DNA of 63,849 nt, filler included, from Octopus bimaculoides (taxonomy: Eukaryota), in NCBI RefSeq assembly GCF_001194135.2. It is 4 parts of 4 records of this genome, joined end to end, with 100 filler letters (N's around TTAATTAATTAA, not from the genome) between each part and the next. Parts side by side here need not be neighbours in the genome. Positions count along the whole stretch, not along the records: positions 18,001 to 44,084 come from NC_068996.1; 3 more parts are not named here. The stretch is one strand, 5' to 3'. Each line of letters begins with the position of its first letter. Position 1 is the stretch's first letter. This document shows positions 25,843 through 37,907 of the stretch, piece after piece. Both the position numbers and the translations under genes were made by a program. The notes under the pieces are model-generated. The model was not told the DNA's origin and searched no databases. It saw nothing but the letters and a program-made list of their open reading frames with translations.

Positions 25843-26368
25843 GTCAACAGCCATAGTTCATGTAGTTGTAAATAAGTACAGTATAGTATAGTTCACTGTA
25901 CTCTGTCCAGGACCACCACACTTGAGTGTCAACAGTCCAGTGTATCTAGCTGTAAGTAGGTACAACAGTGTGGTGTAGTTCACTGTACTGTGTCCATGAC
26001 CACTATACTTGACTGTCAACAGCCCAGTCTACCTAGCTGTAAGTGGGTACCACAATGTGGTATAGTTCCCTAAACTGTGTCCATGACCACCACACTCAAC
26101 TGTCAACAGTCCAGTCTACCTAGCTGTAAGTAGGTGTCACAGTGTAATATAGTTAACTGTACTCTGTCCATGACCAACACACTCAACTATCAACAGTCCA
26201 GTCTACCTAGCTGTAAGTAGGTGCCACAGTGTGGTATAGTTCACTGTACTGTATCTATGATAACCTCACTTAACTGTCAACAATCCAGTCTATAAGTAGG
26301 TATCACAGTGTGATATAGTCCATTGTGCCATGTCCATAACCAATACACTTAACTGTCAACAGTCCTGT
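25843..26368. repeat. Minisatellite, about 6 copies of an 87-bp unit
   Basis: Units begin at 25843, 25928, 26015, 26102, 26189, 26276 and 26355; stops occur in all frames tested. Confidence 0.95.
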
Positions 26369-26429
26369 TCACCTTAATATCATATCTATAAGCACAAAAA
26401 ATACAGAAACATCTCTGGTTGCTTCAAAA

Positions 26430-26990
26430 TAACAAAGAAACCAGACATAATGAAAGGTTGGTCTGGTGAGATTGTTGAGATTCTAGAGCAGTGACATGTA
26501 GGTGTGTGCTGTGTACAAGAGGTAAAATGGAGGGGAAGCTCAGTTAGATTGCTTATGGACAAGGAATGTAGATACAAATTCTTCTGGGTGGGCAGTAGTG
26601 ATGGAATGGGTGGTGTTGATATACTTCTGGCAAAGAAATGGGTTGATAAAGTGATTGCGGTAGTCAGGGTATGTGACAGGATTGTTAACCTAAGACTAGT
26701 TTTACATAATGTAATAATGACATTTACCTCTGTATATGATCCACATACTGGACATGTGCTTGAACAGAAGAACTGCTTGTACAAGTCCCTTTTACAGATT
26801 ACCTTAATGACCAAAACAATGACCTTATTATCATGGCTGGTGACTTCACTGAACATGTCAAGCAGCATTTCAATGGATTTCATGGTGTGCATAGAGGTTA
26901 TGGTTTTACTTTTAGAAATGAGGAGGAAACAAGGCTGTTAGAGCTCTGTGATTGATGCAAACGACTTGTTATGTAAACCTACTGTCAGGA
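26430..26990 (+). pseudogene. RTE LINE apurinic endonuclease (APE) domain fragment
   Basis: MKGWSGEIVEIL...CCVQEVKWRG...FFWVGSSDGMGGVDILL...SVYDP...IMAGDF...HRGYGF, with stops and frameshifts. Confidence 0.88.
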
Positions 26991-27045
26991 AACCAGTCGG
27001 CCAGTAAATCAACACAAGCCAGATTGAGTGGTGGTGGTGGAGACG

Positions 27046-27087
<42 letters not shown>

Positions 27088-27299
27088 GGCACTCACAAGG
27101 CTTTGAATGGCCTGGTGTTAATACCCAAGGTTCCACACAGTGGGATTGAACCCAAAACCGCATAGTTTGGAAATTAACTTTTTGATCAAACATCTTAATT
27201 AAAAACCATCTTTATAACCATCATTGTCATCATCATCATTGTTATTCTCATTGTCATCACCAGAAGTAGCAGCAGCAATTGTAAGCATCATTGTTGTAT

Positions 27300-28000
27300 C
27301 TGTTTTTCTGTTCTTGCACGGGGTAGATAAATTCTCTCCAGTGCAACTTCTCGTTAATTATTGTAGTTTCTTGTCAACTTTTTTGAGATGTGAGCATCTT
27401 GCTGTTAGATTTCATCCCTTCTTCCCATATCATCTTTGGTCTGTCTGTAGAAACAGACACATTCAACTTGCATTGTTTGAAACCTTTTCAATTAACTTCC
27501 TTTTTTCCTTTTTTGCCCTTTCAAAGCTTAGCCAGGCTCATGGGCCCCGTTTCCTGGTATCTATGGCGTATGTGTTCCCTCCCACCCCCCAGCTGGACGG
27601 GACGCCAGTCCATTGCAGCGTTACTCAAGAAACAGGAAGAAAGAGTGAGAGAAAGTTGGGGCGAAAGAGTACAACAGGGTTCGCCACCATCCCCTGCTGG
27701 AGCCTCGTGGAGCTTAGGTGTTTCGCTCAATAAACACACACAACGCCCGGTCTGGGAATCGAAACCACGACCCTCCGACCGCGAGTCCACTGCACTAACC
27801 ACTGGGCCATTGCGCCTCCACTTTCAATTAACTATCATCCTTCAAGTGTATGACATGTCTATATTAGTACAGTTCTCTCTCCTGCTCACTACGGCTGAAG
27901 CTTTTAATACTGGGTTTTTCTCTTAGAACACTTGCACTCTACTGGTCACGTATACTAGGGTATGAGCTGTTTTGGCAGTCATTTTCATACTGCCTATCTG
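27300..28000 (-). mobile_element. Old RTE C-terminal remnant interrupted by a SINE
   Basis: Minus strand reads SASVLREKPSIKSFSRSEQERELY*YRHV and DRPKMIWEEGMKS, matching the RTE C-terminus at 19269-19544. Confidence 0.6.
27498..27821 (-). mobile_element. tRNA-head SINE family C1 with a 12-bp TSD
   Basis: Head tggaggcgcaatggcccagtggttag; TSD tttcaattaact at 27486-27497 and 27822-27833. Confidence 0.9.
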
Positions 28001-28651
28001 GCACTGCTGATTCGATGATGACTTATTTGACATCAGACATTTCAATGCTTCTCTAGCTCCCTCCCACCCTCTATTTCTCTCTGTTTATATATATATATGA
28101 GCATATTTCTCTTTATGTGTATGAGGAGAGGAGAAATGTTTGATAATCATGTCCAATTATTAAATTGTAACCTCTCTGTCTCTTTCTGGATGTGTATATT
28201 TCTGCATGTGTGTGTGTGTATGGGTGTGTGCGTGCGTGTGTGTGAGTATGTGCATGTATGTATATGTGTGTGTGTGTTTGCTTCTAGTGCCAAAAAAGGC
28301 TATTGCCAAAACAGATTCAATGTCCATTCAGCCATGCCAAATCACCAGCATCCAAACAGTTGCATACAATTATCTCATTTTGTGCATGCTACTAACATCA
28401 CATAACATTCAGCAAAACATTTTCATCTCATTTCATTCCAGTCTTTATACATATTCTCCACATTCACTACCTATGCTGCACAATCATGCAACAACATTAC
28501 ACCTCTTATAACAAACATTATTCATTCTGCTCTTCATTTCATAGCTTTGTTTTGTCATCTACAGAAGTCACAACTCCCTGAAATTTTTCCTCCACTATCA
28601 TCTTTACTCTGCTTACTGAGTTTTTATAGCATCCATTGAATGCCTCTAGGT

Positions 28652-28944
28652 CGATGCTTCCCAAAATATCTGATGTGGCATACCAGCAGTTTTTTTTTTT
28701 TTCCGATGTGCCAGGGACTGGTAATATTTCTTAGTAATGTTAATTCATAACAGAAACAATATATATAATGAATATAATAAAAGTTGACATTTATTTTATT
28801 TTATATTTATTTTGTAAACAAATAATACAATATTACATAAGCATTTTATAATGTTTCTTTCTTTTCTGGGAACTTGCTGTGTACCAGCAGCTGATGGCTT
28901 GCGGATCGGCACCAGTCCGCAGAACACCACTTTGACTAGCACTG
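28652..28944. mobile_element. hAT (Charlie-like) MITE
   Basis: Degenerate TIRs cgatgcttcccaaa and tttgactagcactg; 8-bp flanks ctctaggt and ccctagat resemble the NTCTAGAN target. Confidence 0.55.
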
Positions 28945-29059
28945 CCCTAGATAACAGATGCTATTAGCTACTTCTGGTGAGTCTTCTCTAGCATGCAATT
29001 TATAGAATTCATTTCTTATGTACTCTTACAGCTAATTATTCTTCTGCATCTATTATAAG

Positions 29060-29175
29060 TAAAATACTGTCTTCTCTGTCAGCCTACCTGGTATCCCACT
29101 GCACTTTTTGCATACCCATTGTTGGTATTGGTATGCAATATAGATTTTCTGCCTGCTCCTTTTCTACATGTTAAG
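29060..29175 (-). mobile_element. Old RTE remnant (PHD-finger region)
   Basis: Frameshifted reading CRKGAGRKSI...QQWVCKKCSGIPGRLTEKTVF aligns to the RTE finger. Confidence 0.55.
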
Positions 29176-29264
29176 TATAATCACTTAATTATTAATAAAG
29201 GTGTTGTTTACCTTTTTAGAAACTCTGTCACCTTAAACCAACTCGTTTTATCTTTTCATTTATC

Positions 29265-29835
<571 letters not shown>

Positions 29836-29959
29836 TTCATATCAGAATCCTGCGCTTCTTCCATCTACTCTCCTCCTCTCTGCCCTTTCTTCTTTCCCCT
29901 CTCTCAACATGTGTGTCACATAGTATTTGGGAGTTACCATAGTTGGCACTTAAAGCCTC

Positions 29960-30170
29960 CATACAATATTCCTCTGGTTTGTCTTTTGTCTCTAAGTGTT
30001 TAGCTCTTATCCTGAGGTCAATAATTGCTAGTCTAATGTTGGCACATTCTTCACAGAGGAAACACTTAGCATTTGTAATCAGACCACTGTCTATTTCCTG
30101 ATGACATTGAAGTCTATTTGACTGCTTCGTGATCAAGTAGCTAACTGCATTTTTGAACTTTGTTTTATTC
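29960..30170 (-). mobile_element. Degenerate LINE reverse-transcriptase remnant
   Basis: SNRLQCHQEIDSGLITNAKCF...LAIIDLRIRAKHLETKDKP resembles RT N-terminal domains (QxGFR...IFxLRxLxEKxxE). Confidence 0.35.
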
Positions 30171-30419
30171 TAAGTGGTCAGGTCATTTGCATCATAGAAG
30201 CCTCAGTCCCTTTTCATATCTTGTATCAAGATTATATCCTCCAGTGTAAGTAAGAGTAGCCATTATGATGTTGTATAACAAATCTGTTAAAGTTACCAGT
30301 CATAATGATGAGGCTGTTGCTGTCTGATATCCATGTAGCCTACAAGAGGGACTAAAGAGTAATCAACTACAATGATGTTGCCACCACTGCTACTGCTGCT
30401 TCTGATGTCACTGCCAATG

Positions 30420-30803
30420 TTGTTGGCACTCCGTTGCTTACGACGTCGAGGGTTCCAGTTGATCCGATCAATGGAACTGTCTGCTTGTGAAATTAACGTG
30501 CAAGTAGCTGAGCACTCCACAGACACATGTACCCACAACGTAGTTCTCGGGGAGATTCAGCGTGACACAGTGTGACAGGGCTGACCCTTTGAATTACAGG
30601 CACAACAGAAACAGGAAGTAAGAGTGAGAGAATGTTGCGGTGAAAGAGTACAGCGGGGTTCACCACCATCCCCTGCCAGAGCCTCGTGGAGCTTTAGGTG
30701 TTTTCACTCAATAAACACTCACAACACCCGGTCTGGGAATTGAAACCGGGATCCTATGACCACGAGTCCACTGCCCTAACCACTGGGCCATTGCGCTTCC
30801 ACT
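30420..30803 (-). mobile_element. tRNA-head SINE family C2 with a 10-bp TSD
   Basis: Same head as 27620-27821 but a different tail; actgccaatg at 30410-30419 and 30804-30813. Confidence 0.85.
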
Positions 30804-31074
30804 ACTGCCAATGACGACAATGATAATGATGATGATGATGATGATAATTTGGACACAAGGTCAACAGTTTTGAGGAGGGCTGGAGTAGTTAAGACCAGTA
30901 ATGTTTTCTTTATTAACCGCTAAGGGTCCAAAAAAAAAAAATTGGGGATGGTACAGGACAATACAATGTGTCCACTTCTTCCAACCACAAATAATAATAA
31001 TAATAAGCTTAATCATTGCAGCCCAGGACCAGGCATTGAATACCAACTCAGTGAAAAAGATTATATACCACACA

Positions 31075-31850
31075 AGTTCAATGGACCTCTTTAGAATGTG
31101 TAGGAAGAGGGTTAAAAGCATGACTCACATTGTTAGTGCTTCTGAAAGACTTGTGCAGAAAGAATACAAGCATAGACACAACAAAGTAGCCCAAAACTTC
31201 CACTGGCTACGATGCCATAAGTATGAATATGAGGTTACGTGTGCTTGGTACCAACATACACCAGAAAAGGTAATGGACAAAAAGGGAAAGGCAAAATTCC
31301 TATGGGACTTTGATTTCCAGACAGACAAAGTGTTAGAGCATTGAAGGCTGGATATAGTAACCTTTAGGAGGGAGAAACAAGAGTGCCTAATAATCAACAT
31401 AGCAGTGCCATGAGATCAACATATCATCATAAAAGAAAGAGAAAAAGTTGATGAATATGGAGACCTGAGAATTGAGATCACTAAAATCTCATTTTGGTAA
31501 TATTTAAGGATTGATGTTACTCTTCCAGAAGGTAAAGAAAAAAGAAGAGTACGACTGTTATTATTAATAGTCGAACGTAAAGGTTATCCCTACTGTCATC
31601 GGAACATTGGGTTCAATACCCCACAATCTGAAAAAAACATCTGAAAACCTTACAGATCCCCTACAATCTAGATGTATTGCAAAAGTTGGCATTACTTGGA
31701 ACTGCACACATATTGCATAAAGTACTGTCTGTCTGAGGTCGTTGTTGTGACTTGACAAGCAGTACAAACACCTGGTAGATACAATCTCTTCAATCAACAA
31801 CTTCATAAAATTGTATACTGTGTGACATCTATAATGTGCGACATCTATAA
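31075..31850 (+). mobile_element. R4/Dong-like LINE fragment (zinc knuckle, RLE, 3-prime UTR), interrupted at 31490-31565
   Basis: RMCRKRVKSMTHIVSAS...YKHRHNKVAQNFHW...KFLWDFDFQTDKVLEH*RLDIV...IAVP...KVDEYGDLRIEI; then VKVIPTVIGTLG...LALLGTAHILHKVLSV*. Confidence 0.87.
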
Positions 31851-31864
31851 CGATGATGATGATG

Positions 31865-31949
<85 letters not shown>

Positions 31950-32200
31950 GTTCAAAAGATAGTGCTCATGGGAACTGCCCATATCCTACGTAAAATACTG
32001 TCTATGTGATCTCAAATTTTAAAGCAAACACATAATTTTCTTATGGTTTCTTAAACATTCACTTGAACAAAACTGTACAAATCCAAATATATGGTACCCT
32101 AGGCATAACACCTACATGAACTTCTAACTTGTTGTCTCTTGAGGTCTCTGGGTGAGACTTGGATCCAACTTGTACAAATGCAAAACAAAAGTCAAACATA
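31950..32200 (+). mobile_element. R4/Dong-like LINE extreme 3-prime end, another subfamily
   Basis: VQKIVLMGTAHILRKILSM* plus a distinct UTR; (TAA)n on both sides. Confidence 0.82.
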
Positions 32201-32235
32201 AAATAATAATAATAATAATAATGATAATAATAATA

Positions 32236-32678
32236 ATTGACATGAGTATTCCTTGCGATCATAATATAGCCGCGAAAGAATTTGACAAGATCAGTAAATA
32301 TAAAGACTTGCTAATAGAAATTGAAAAAATGTGGCACCTCAAAGCAACTACTGTACCAGTGATTGTAGGATCTCTAGGAATGATAAAAAAAAAAGGTACT
32401 GAAACCTATTTGAAAATGATACCAGGCTTACCATCCCTACAGGAAGTGCAAAAAATCATGTTAACTGGAACGACTCATGTACTGAGAAGAGCATTATCGC
32501 TGTGAAAACAACATCCATCCATGAATTTATTTATTTATTAATTTATTTTACAAACATATTTTACCTGTGAATTTGCGTGTGTAAACTGGGAATGCATACA
32601 ATGAGCTTCTCTGCCCTAGGTGTATGGAAAACGGCGAGAAACGGAAGAAAATTTGAAGAAAGAAGAAAAAAAAACAAC

Positions 32679-32680
<2 letters not shown>
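32236..32680 (+). mobile_element. R4/Dong-like LINE RLE C-terminus plus UTR
   Basis: IDMSIPCDHNIAAKEFDKISKYKDLLIEIEKMW...VPVIVGSLG...LTGTTHVLRRALSL*; (TAA)n on both sides. Confidence 0.9.
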
Positions 32681-32716
<36 letters not shown>

Positions 32717-32866
32717 CCTTTCTCCTATAGACACAAGGCGTGAAATTTGGGGAGAGGGTGGGCCCAGTCGATTACATCGACCTCAGTATTCAACTGGTAC
32801 TTATTTTATCAACTCTGAAAGGTGGAATTTGAACTCAGAACGTAGCGGCAGATGAAATACCGCTAA
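32717..32866 (-). mobile_element. SINE family B, internally deleted
   Basis: Matches the family B tail and B-box region. Confidence 0.75.
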
Positions 32867-32964
32867 ACTGTTCATTCGATAACAGTCACACCTTTCTTAT
32901 TTTTTCTTTACCTTTGGGAGGAGTAACATTAATCCTTAAAGATTATTATTAATAATAATAATAA

Positions 32965-34030
32965 TATAAAGGACTCAGAAGAAAATAGGGAAGGCCAACT
33001 CATGGTATGATAGCCACAAATACCAGAGTGTCATGTTCGTCGACACCACCCCTAGAGGCAAACTGGCATACCACTTTAGAAGGGCCCTAGACAAACTTAA
33101 GCTAAGAATTAAGGTTGTTGAAAGGCTAGGCAACCCTATCAAATCCCTAATCGGTAGAACCTACCTTTTAGTAGAACCCCCTGTACTGATATGAACTATA
33201 CTGTATGTAGATTTAGCCCACAAACAAACTATAAAGCCAGAAATGTAGTCTATAGTATACGATGTACAGAGTGATGGTGCAGTAACAAGACAACGACGTA
33301 CATAGGGGAAACAGCACAGAGCATAGGAGGGCGGGTAAATGAGAATTGGAGAGAACTTATGGAAGAAAAGACCTCATTGTTTCTGTACCAGCACACCAAG
33401 CATGAACACAGGGGCTCACTCAACAACATAGAAGTCAAAATCTTGTCCACACATAGAACAGACGCAATGCTTAGACAAATTACTGAAGCTACACACATAC
33501 TAGAAGATAAACCTAGCCTGAATAGGAAACTGGAATGGAACACTAGCATACACCTCCAACACACCACAACATATGACAGAATAAGATCCCCATAAACTGA
33601 TAACAATATCAACAAAATATAATACAATACACAGATAAACAAATGGAATTAAATAACTATATACGCTAACAAAATTAAATTAAATTAAATTAAATACAAA
33701 AAAAGAAAGAATAGAAAAAATAAGTAGGTCTAAACACATGAGCAAAATAAATAAAAACAAAATTAAACAAACGCGTATAAACAGGGGATACAGATAATAC
33801 AGGCACTCCCACACACACACACACACACATTTACTAAACATAGACACACAGGGGTATATGCATGCACAAATAAAGACACACAATAGGAATACAAAATACA
33901 AAATGGCTGATCGTTAGTAAGAAAAGACACACAAATAAGAGAGAAGAAAGCAAAGGACCACTGATGAGGTCACAGAAGTGTGACAAAAGAACTCTGGCCA
34001 AAATACGATTAATGTAAAAAATAAAATAAA
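32965..34030 (+). mobile_element. Penelope-like element 3-prime part: GIY-YIG endonuclease and downstream region
   Basis: SVMFVDTTPRGKLA...LRIKVVERLG...RNVVYSIRC...TYIGETAQSIGGRVNE...MLRQITEATHI...LNRKLEW; hammerhead-like motif downstream. Confidence 0.85.
33955..33999 (+). ncRNA. Degenerate type I hammerhead-like motif
   Basis: GGACCA-CUGAUGA-G-GUCAC(AGAAGU)GUGAC-AAAA-GAACUC-UGGCC; GAAA is changed to AAAA, consistent with CpG decay. Confidence 0.5.
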
Positions 34031-34599
34031 GCTGAAGCAAATTAACACCAAATATATAGTGTGTGTGTTTTTATTGGCTAAACTGGCAACATGACCATCC
34101 CCAAATACAACACTTAACTCTTCATGAAGGTAAATAAGGAATAAGAAAAACATGATACAATTTGTAATAAATAGAGATTCACTCTGTTTATTGAAATAAG
34201 CAATATTTTGACAGAATGTCTGTCAACCAAATGTAAAATGAAAAGAACGCAGAAGTACAGAAATTCAAAAAATGAATGAGAATAACCTGCTTCCCATTTT
34301 AGACAAAATGACATCAGCAGTTTTCACTTTGTCATAACTGGTAACAAAGAAAAAGAAAACCAAGAAAGAAGATGAAAACTGGAAAGAGAATACCTAGTCA
34401 AATAGTTTTGTGTAAATGTGATGAAATTTGCCCATCATTTTGTTTGTTCCTCCAGGGTTTGATGTTAGCAATTCACAAATGTATTTATTGTCATGTGTTT
34501 TGAGAACTGAAAGTGCAGCAGAGTCACATTACTACTAATAACAATAATGCTAATAACAGCCAGCAATTTAAGAAGACGTGATAAATTAAGCTCAGCAAT

Positions 34600-34742
34600 T
34601 TCAGAGTTGATGAGGGGTAGGTTGATTACATTAGGATGAAAGGCAAAGTTGGCCTCGGCGGTATTTGAACTCGAAACGTAAATACCGACAAAATACCGAT
34701 AAGCATTTTGCCCAGTGTGTTAATAATTCTGCCAGCTCACTG
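34600..34742 (-). mobile_element. SINE family B, degenerate
   Basis: aggatgaaaggcaaagttggcctcggcggtatttgaactc...ttctgccagctc. Confidence 0.75.
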
Positions 34743-34773
34743 ACTCTCTACTACTACTACTACTACTACTACT

Positions 34774-34810
<37 letters not shown>

Positions 34811-34813
34811 GTA

Positions 34814-37303
34814 ATCATCATCGTTTAACGTCTGCTTTTCATGCTGGCATGGGTTGGACAGTTTGACTGAGGACTAGCGAGCCAGATGGCTGCACCAGGC
34901 TTCAATCTGATTAGGCAGAGTTTCTACAGCTGGATGTCCTTCCTAACACCAACCACTCCGAGAGTGTAGTGGGTGCTTTTACGTGCCACCGGCACAAGGG
35001 CCAGTCAGGGCCACGCTCGAAATGGTATTTTTTACGTGCCACCTGCACAGGAGCCAGTCCAGCGACACTGGCAACAACCTCACTCGAATGTTTTTTCACG
35101 TGCCACCAGCACAAGTGCCAGTAAGGCGACGCTGGTAATGATCATGCTCAAATGGTGCTATTTACATGCCACTGGCATGGAAGCCAGACAGCTGCTCTGG
35201 CAATGATCACGCTTGGACGGTGCTCTTAGAGCTCCACTGGCACAGGTGCCAGTCATCGAATTTGGTTCAATCACGATTTCGATTTCACTTGTCTCAGCAG
35301 GTCTTCACAAGCCGAGTTTAGTNNNNNNNNNNNNNNNNNNNNNNNNNNNNNNNNNNNNNNNNNNNNNNNNNNNNNNNNNNNNNNNNNNNNNNNNNNNNNN
35401 NNNNNNNNNNNNNNNNNNNNNNNNNNNNNNNNNNNNNNNNNNNNNNNNNNNNNNNNNNNNNNNNNNNNNNNNNNNNNNNNNNNNNNNNNNNNNNNNNNNN
35501 NNNNNNNNNNNNNNNNNNNNNNNNNNNNNNNNNNNNNNNNNNNNNNNNNNNNNNNNNNNNNNNNNNNNNNNNNNNNNNNNNNNNNNNNNNNNNNNNNNNN
35601 NNNNNNNNNNNNNNNNNNNNNNNNNNNNNNNNNNNNNNNNNNNNNNNNNNNNNNNNNNNNNNNNNNNNNNNNNNNNNNNNNNNNNNNNNNNNNNNNNNNN
35701 NNNNNNNNNNNNNNNNNNNNNNNNNNNNNNNNNNNNNNNNNNNNTACAGGTTCCCTCAACCGCTAGGGTCTGGCACTTTTTCACACAGCTATCCTCATCC
35801 ATTCTCGCCACATGACCATACCAGTGCAATCGTCTCTCTTGCACACCACAACTGATGCTTCTGAGGTCCAACTTTTCTCTCAAGGTACTTACACTCTGTT
35901 GAGTATGCACACTGACATTACACATCCATTGGAGCATACTGGCTTCATTCTTTGTGAGCTTACGCATGTCCTCAGCAGTCACGGCCCATGTTTCACTGCC
36001 ATGTAGCATGGCTGTTCGTACACATGCGTCATACAGTCTGCCTTTTACTGTGAGTGAGAGGCCCTTTGTCACCAGCTCTCTGTAAGAGCTCTCTGAACTT
36101 TTCCCAGGCTATTCTTATTCTAGCAGCTAGACTTTCAGCGCACCCTCCCCCACTACTAACTTGGTCACCTAGATAACGGAAGCTATCAACTACTTCTAGT
36201 TTTTCTCCCTGGACTGTGGCAGAAGTTGTTCTCTGCACATTTTCAGTGTTTATTGCTCCTGAACATCTGCCACATACAAAAACTATCTTTCTAGAGAGCC
36301 TTCCTTTGATATTGCTGCATGTCTTATGTGTCCATAGCTTACACTGAGTACATCTTATATAGTTTCTACCTACGCCTTTTCTACAGATCGAGCAGGGCCA
36401 TCTACCTGAAGGGATTTGTGATTTGTTTGCCTTCCTACTTATTAGGACTTTGGTTTTAGCTAGGTTCACTCTAAGGCCCTTCGATTCTAGTCCTTGCTTC
36501 CACACCTGAAACTTCTCCTCTAGTTCTGATAGTGACTCAGCAATTAGAGCAAAGTCATCAGCATAGAGGAGCTCCCAGGGACATCCTGTCTTTAATTCCT
36601 CTGTTATAGCCTGGAGGACTATGATAAATAGGAGGGGGCTGAGCACAGAACCTTGGTGGACCCCAATCTCTACCTGGAATTCTTTACTGTACTCGTTGCC
36701 AACCCTCACCTTACTGACAACGTCTCTGTACATGGCTAGCACAGCTCTCACTAACCATTCTTCTATCCCTAGTTTCCTCATTGACCACCAAATAAGGGAT
36801 CGGGGGACCCTGTCAAAGGCTCTCTCCATGTCAACGAAAGCCAGGTACAGGGGTTTATCTTTGGCTAGGTATTTCTCCTGCAGCTGTCTTACCAGAAATA
36901 TAGCATCAGTGGTGCTTTTCCCTGGCATGAACCCAAACTGCATCTCATCTAAACTGATTCTCTCCCTAATTAGTTGGGCTATGACCCTTTTCATTACCTG
37001 ACACAACAACTTGATACCTCTGTAATTATTTGTATCTAAAGCGTCACCTTTACCTTTGTAGCAGTTGACTATAGTGCTGCTACACCAGTCATTGGGTACA
37101 TAACTCCTTCATGTATCACTTGGTTAACTATACGGTTGACTAGGCTATAGCCGACACTACCAGATATTTTAAGCATCTCTGCAGTGATTCCTGATGGGCC
37201 GGGGGCTTTCCTTGTCTTCATACCCTTAATTACTTTATCTACCAATGTCAATTTGGATGACTGGTCCCTCTGTTGGGTTGGCATTGGGCAGGCTCTCTCT
37301 TTC
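34814..37303 (-). mobile_element. 5-prime truncated RTE-clade LINE, best-preserved copy
   Basis: KAPGPSG, QFGF, FVDMERAFD, GVHQGSVLSP, YADD, PHD finger, FRYLGD, RLHWYGH; repeated 3-prime UTR ending in (GAT)n. Confidence 0.96.
36029..37009 (-). pseudogene. RTE reverse-transcriptase domain, 326-codon open stretch, frameshifted at both ends
   Basis: The supplied ORF carries the non-LTR RT motifs including YADD. Confidence 0.95.
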
Positions 37304-37750
37304 TACTATAGGCACAAGGCCTGAAATTTTGGGGGAGGAGATTAGTTGATTACATTGACCCCAGTACTCAATTGGTATTTATTTCTTCAATACCAAAAGA
37401 ATGAAAGGCAAAGTCGACCTTGGTGGAATTTGAACTCAGAACATAAAGACAGACGAAATGTCACTAAGCATTTTGTCCAGTGTGCTAACAATTCTGCCAG
37501 TTCCCCGCCTCACTACTACTACTACTTCTACTACTACTTTTCTACTGGAGGCACAAGGCCTCAAATTAGTGGGTAGGGGACCAATTGATTATATTGACCC
37601 CAGTGTTTCACTGGTACTTAATTTATCGACCCCAAAAGGATGAAAAACGAAGTCGACCGTGACGGAATTTGAGCTCAGAACTTAAAGACAGACAAAATAT
37701 CACTAAGCATTTTGTCCAGTGTGCTAACAATTCTGCCAGCTCACCTCCTT
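37301..37750 (-). mobile_element. Two tandem SINE family B copies, each next to (TAC)n
   Basis: Copies at about 37301-37510 and 37540-37750 share the identical variant cactaagcattttgtccagtgtgctaacaattctgccag. Confidence 0.88.
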
Positions 37751-37753
37751 ACG

Positions 37754-37754
<1 letters not shown>

Positions 37755-37796
<42 letters not shown>

Positions 37797-37848
37797 TTAC
37801 TACTACTACTACTACTACTACTACTGTTGCTGCTGCTCCTGCTGCTGT

Positions 37849-37907
<59 letters not shown>
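37755..37907. repeat. (TAC)n microsatellite
   Basis: Direct reading. Confidence 0.95.

Noticed and set aside
25843-26368. CRISPR array or repetitive coding region
   Set aside because: Whole units are homologous with no unique spacers, no cas genes are present, the context is eukaryotic, and the frames are closed.
29837-30136. 99-codon minus-strand ORF that looks protein-like
   Set aside because: Better explained as a decayed LINE RT N-terminal region.
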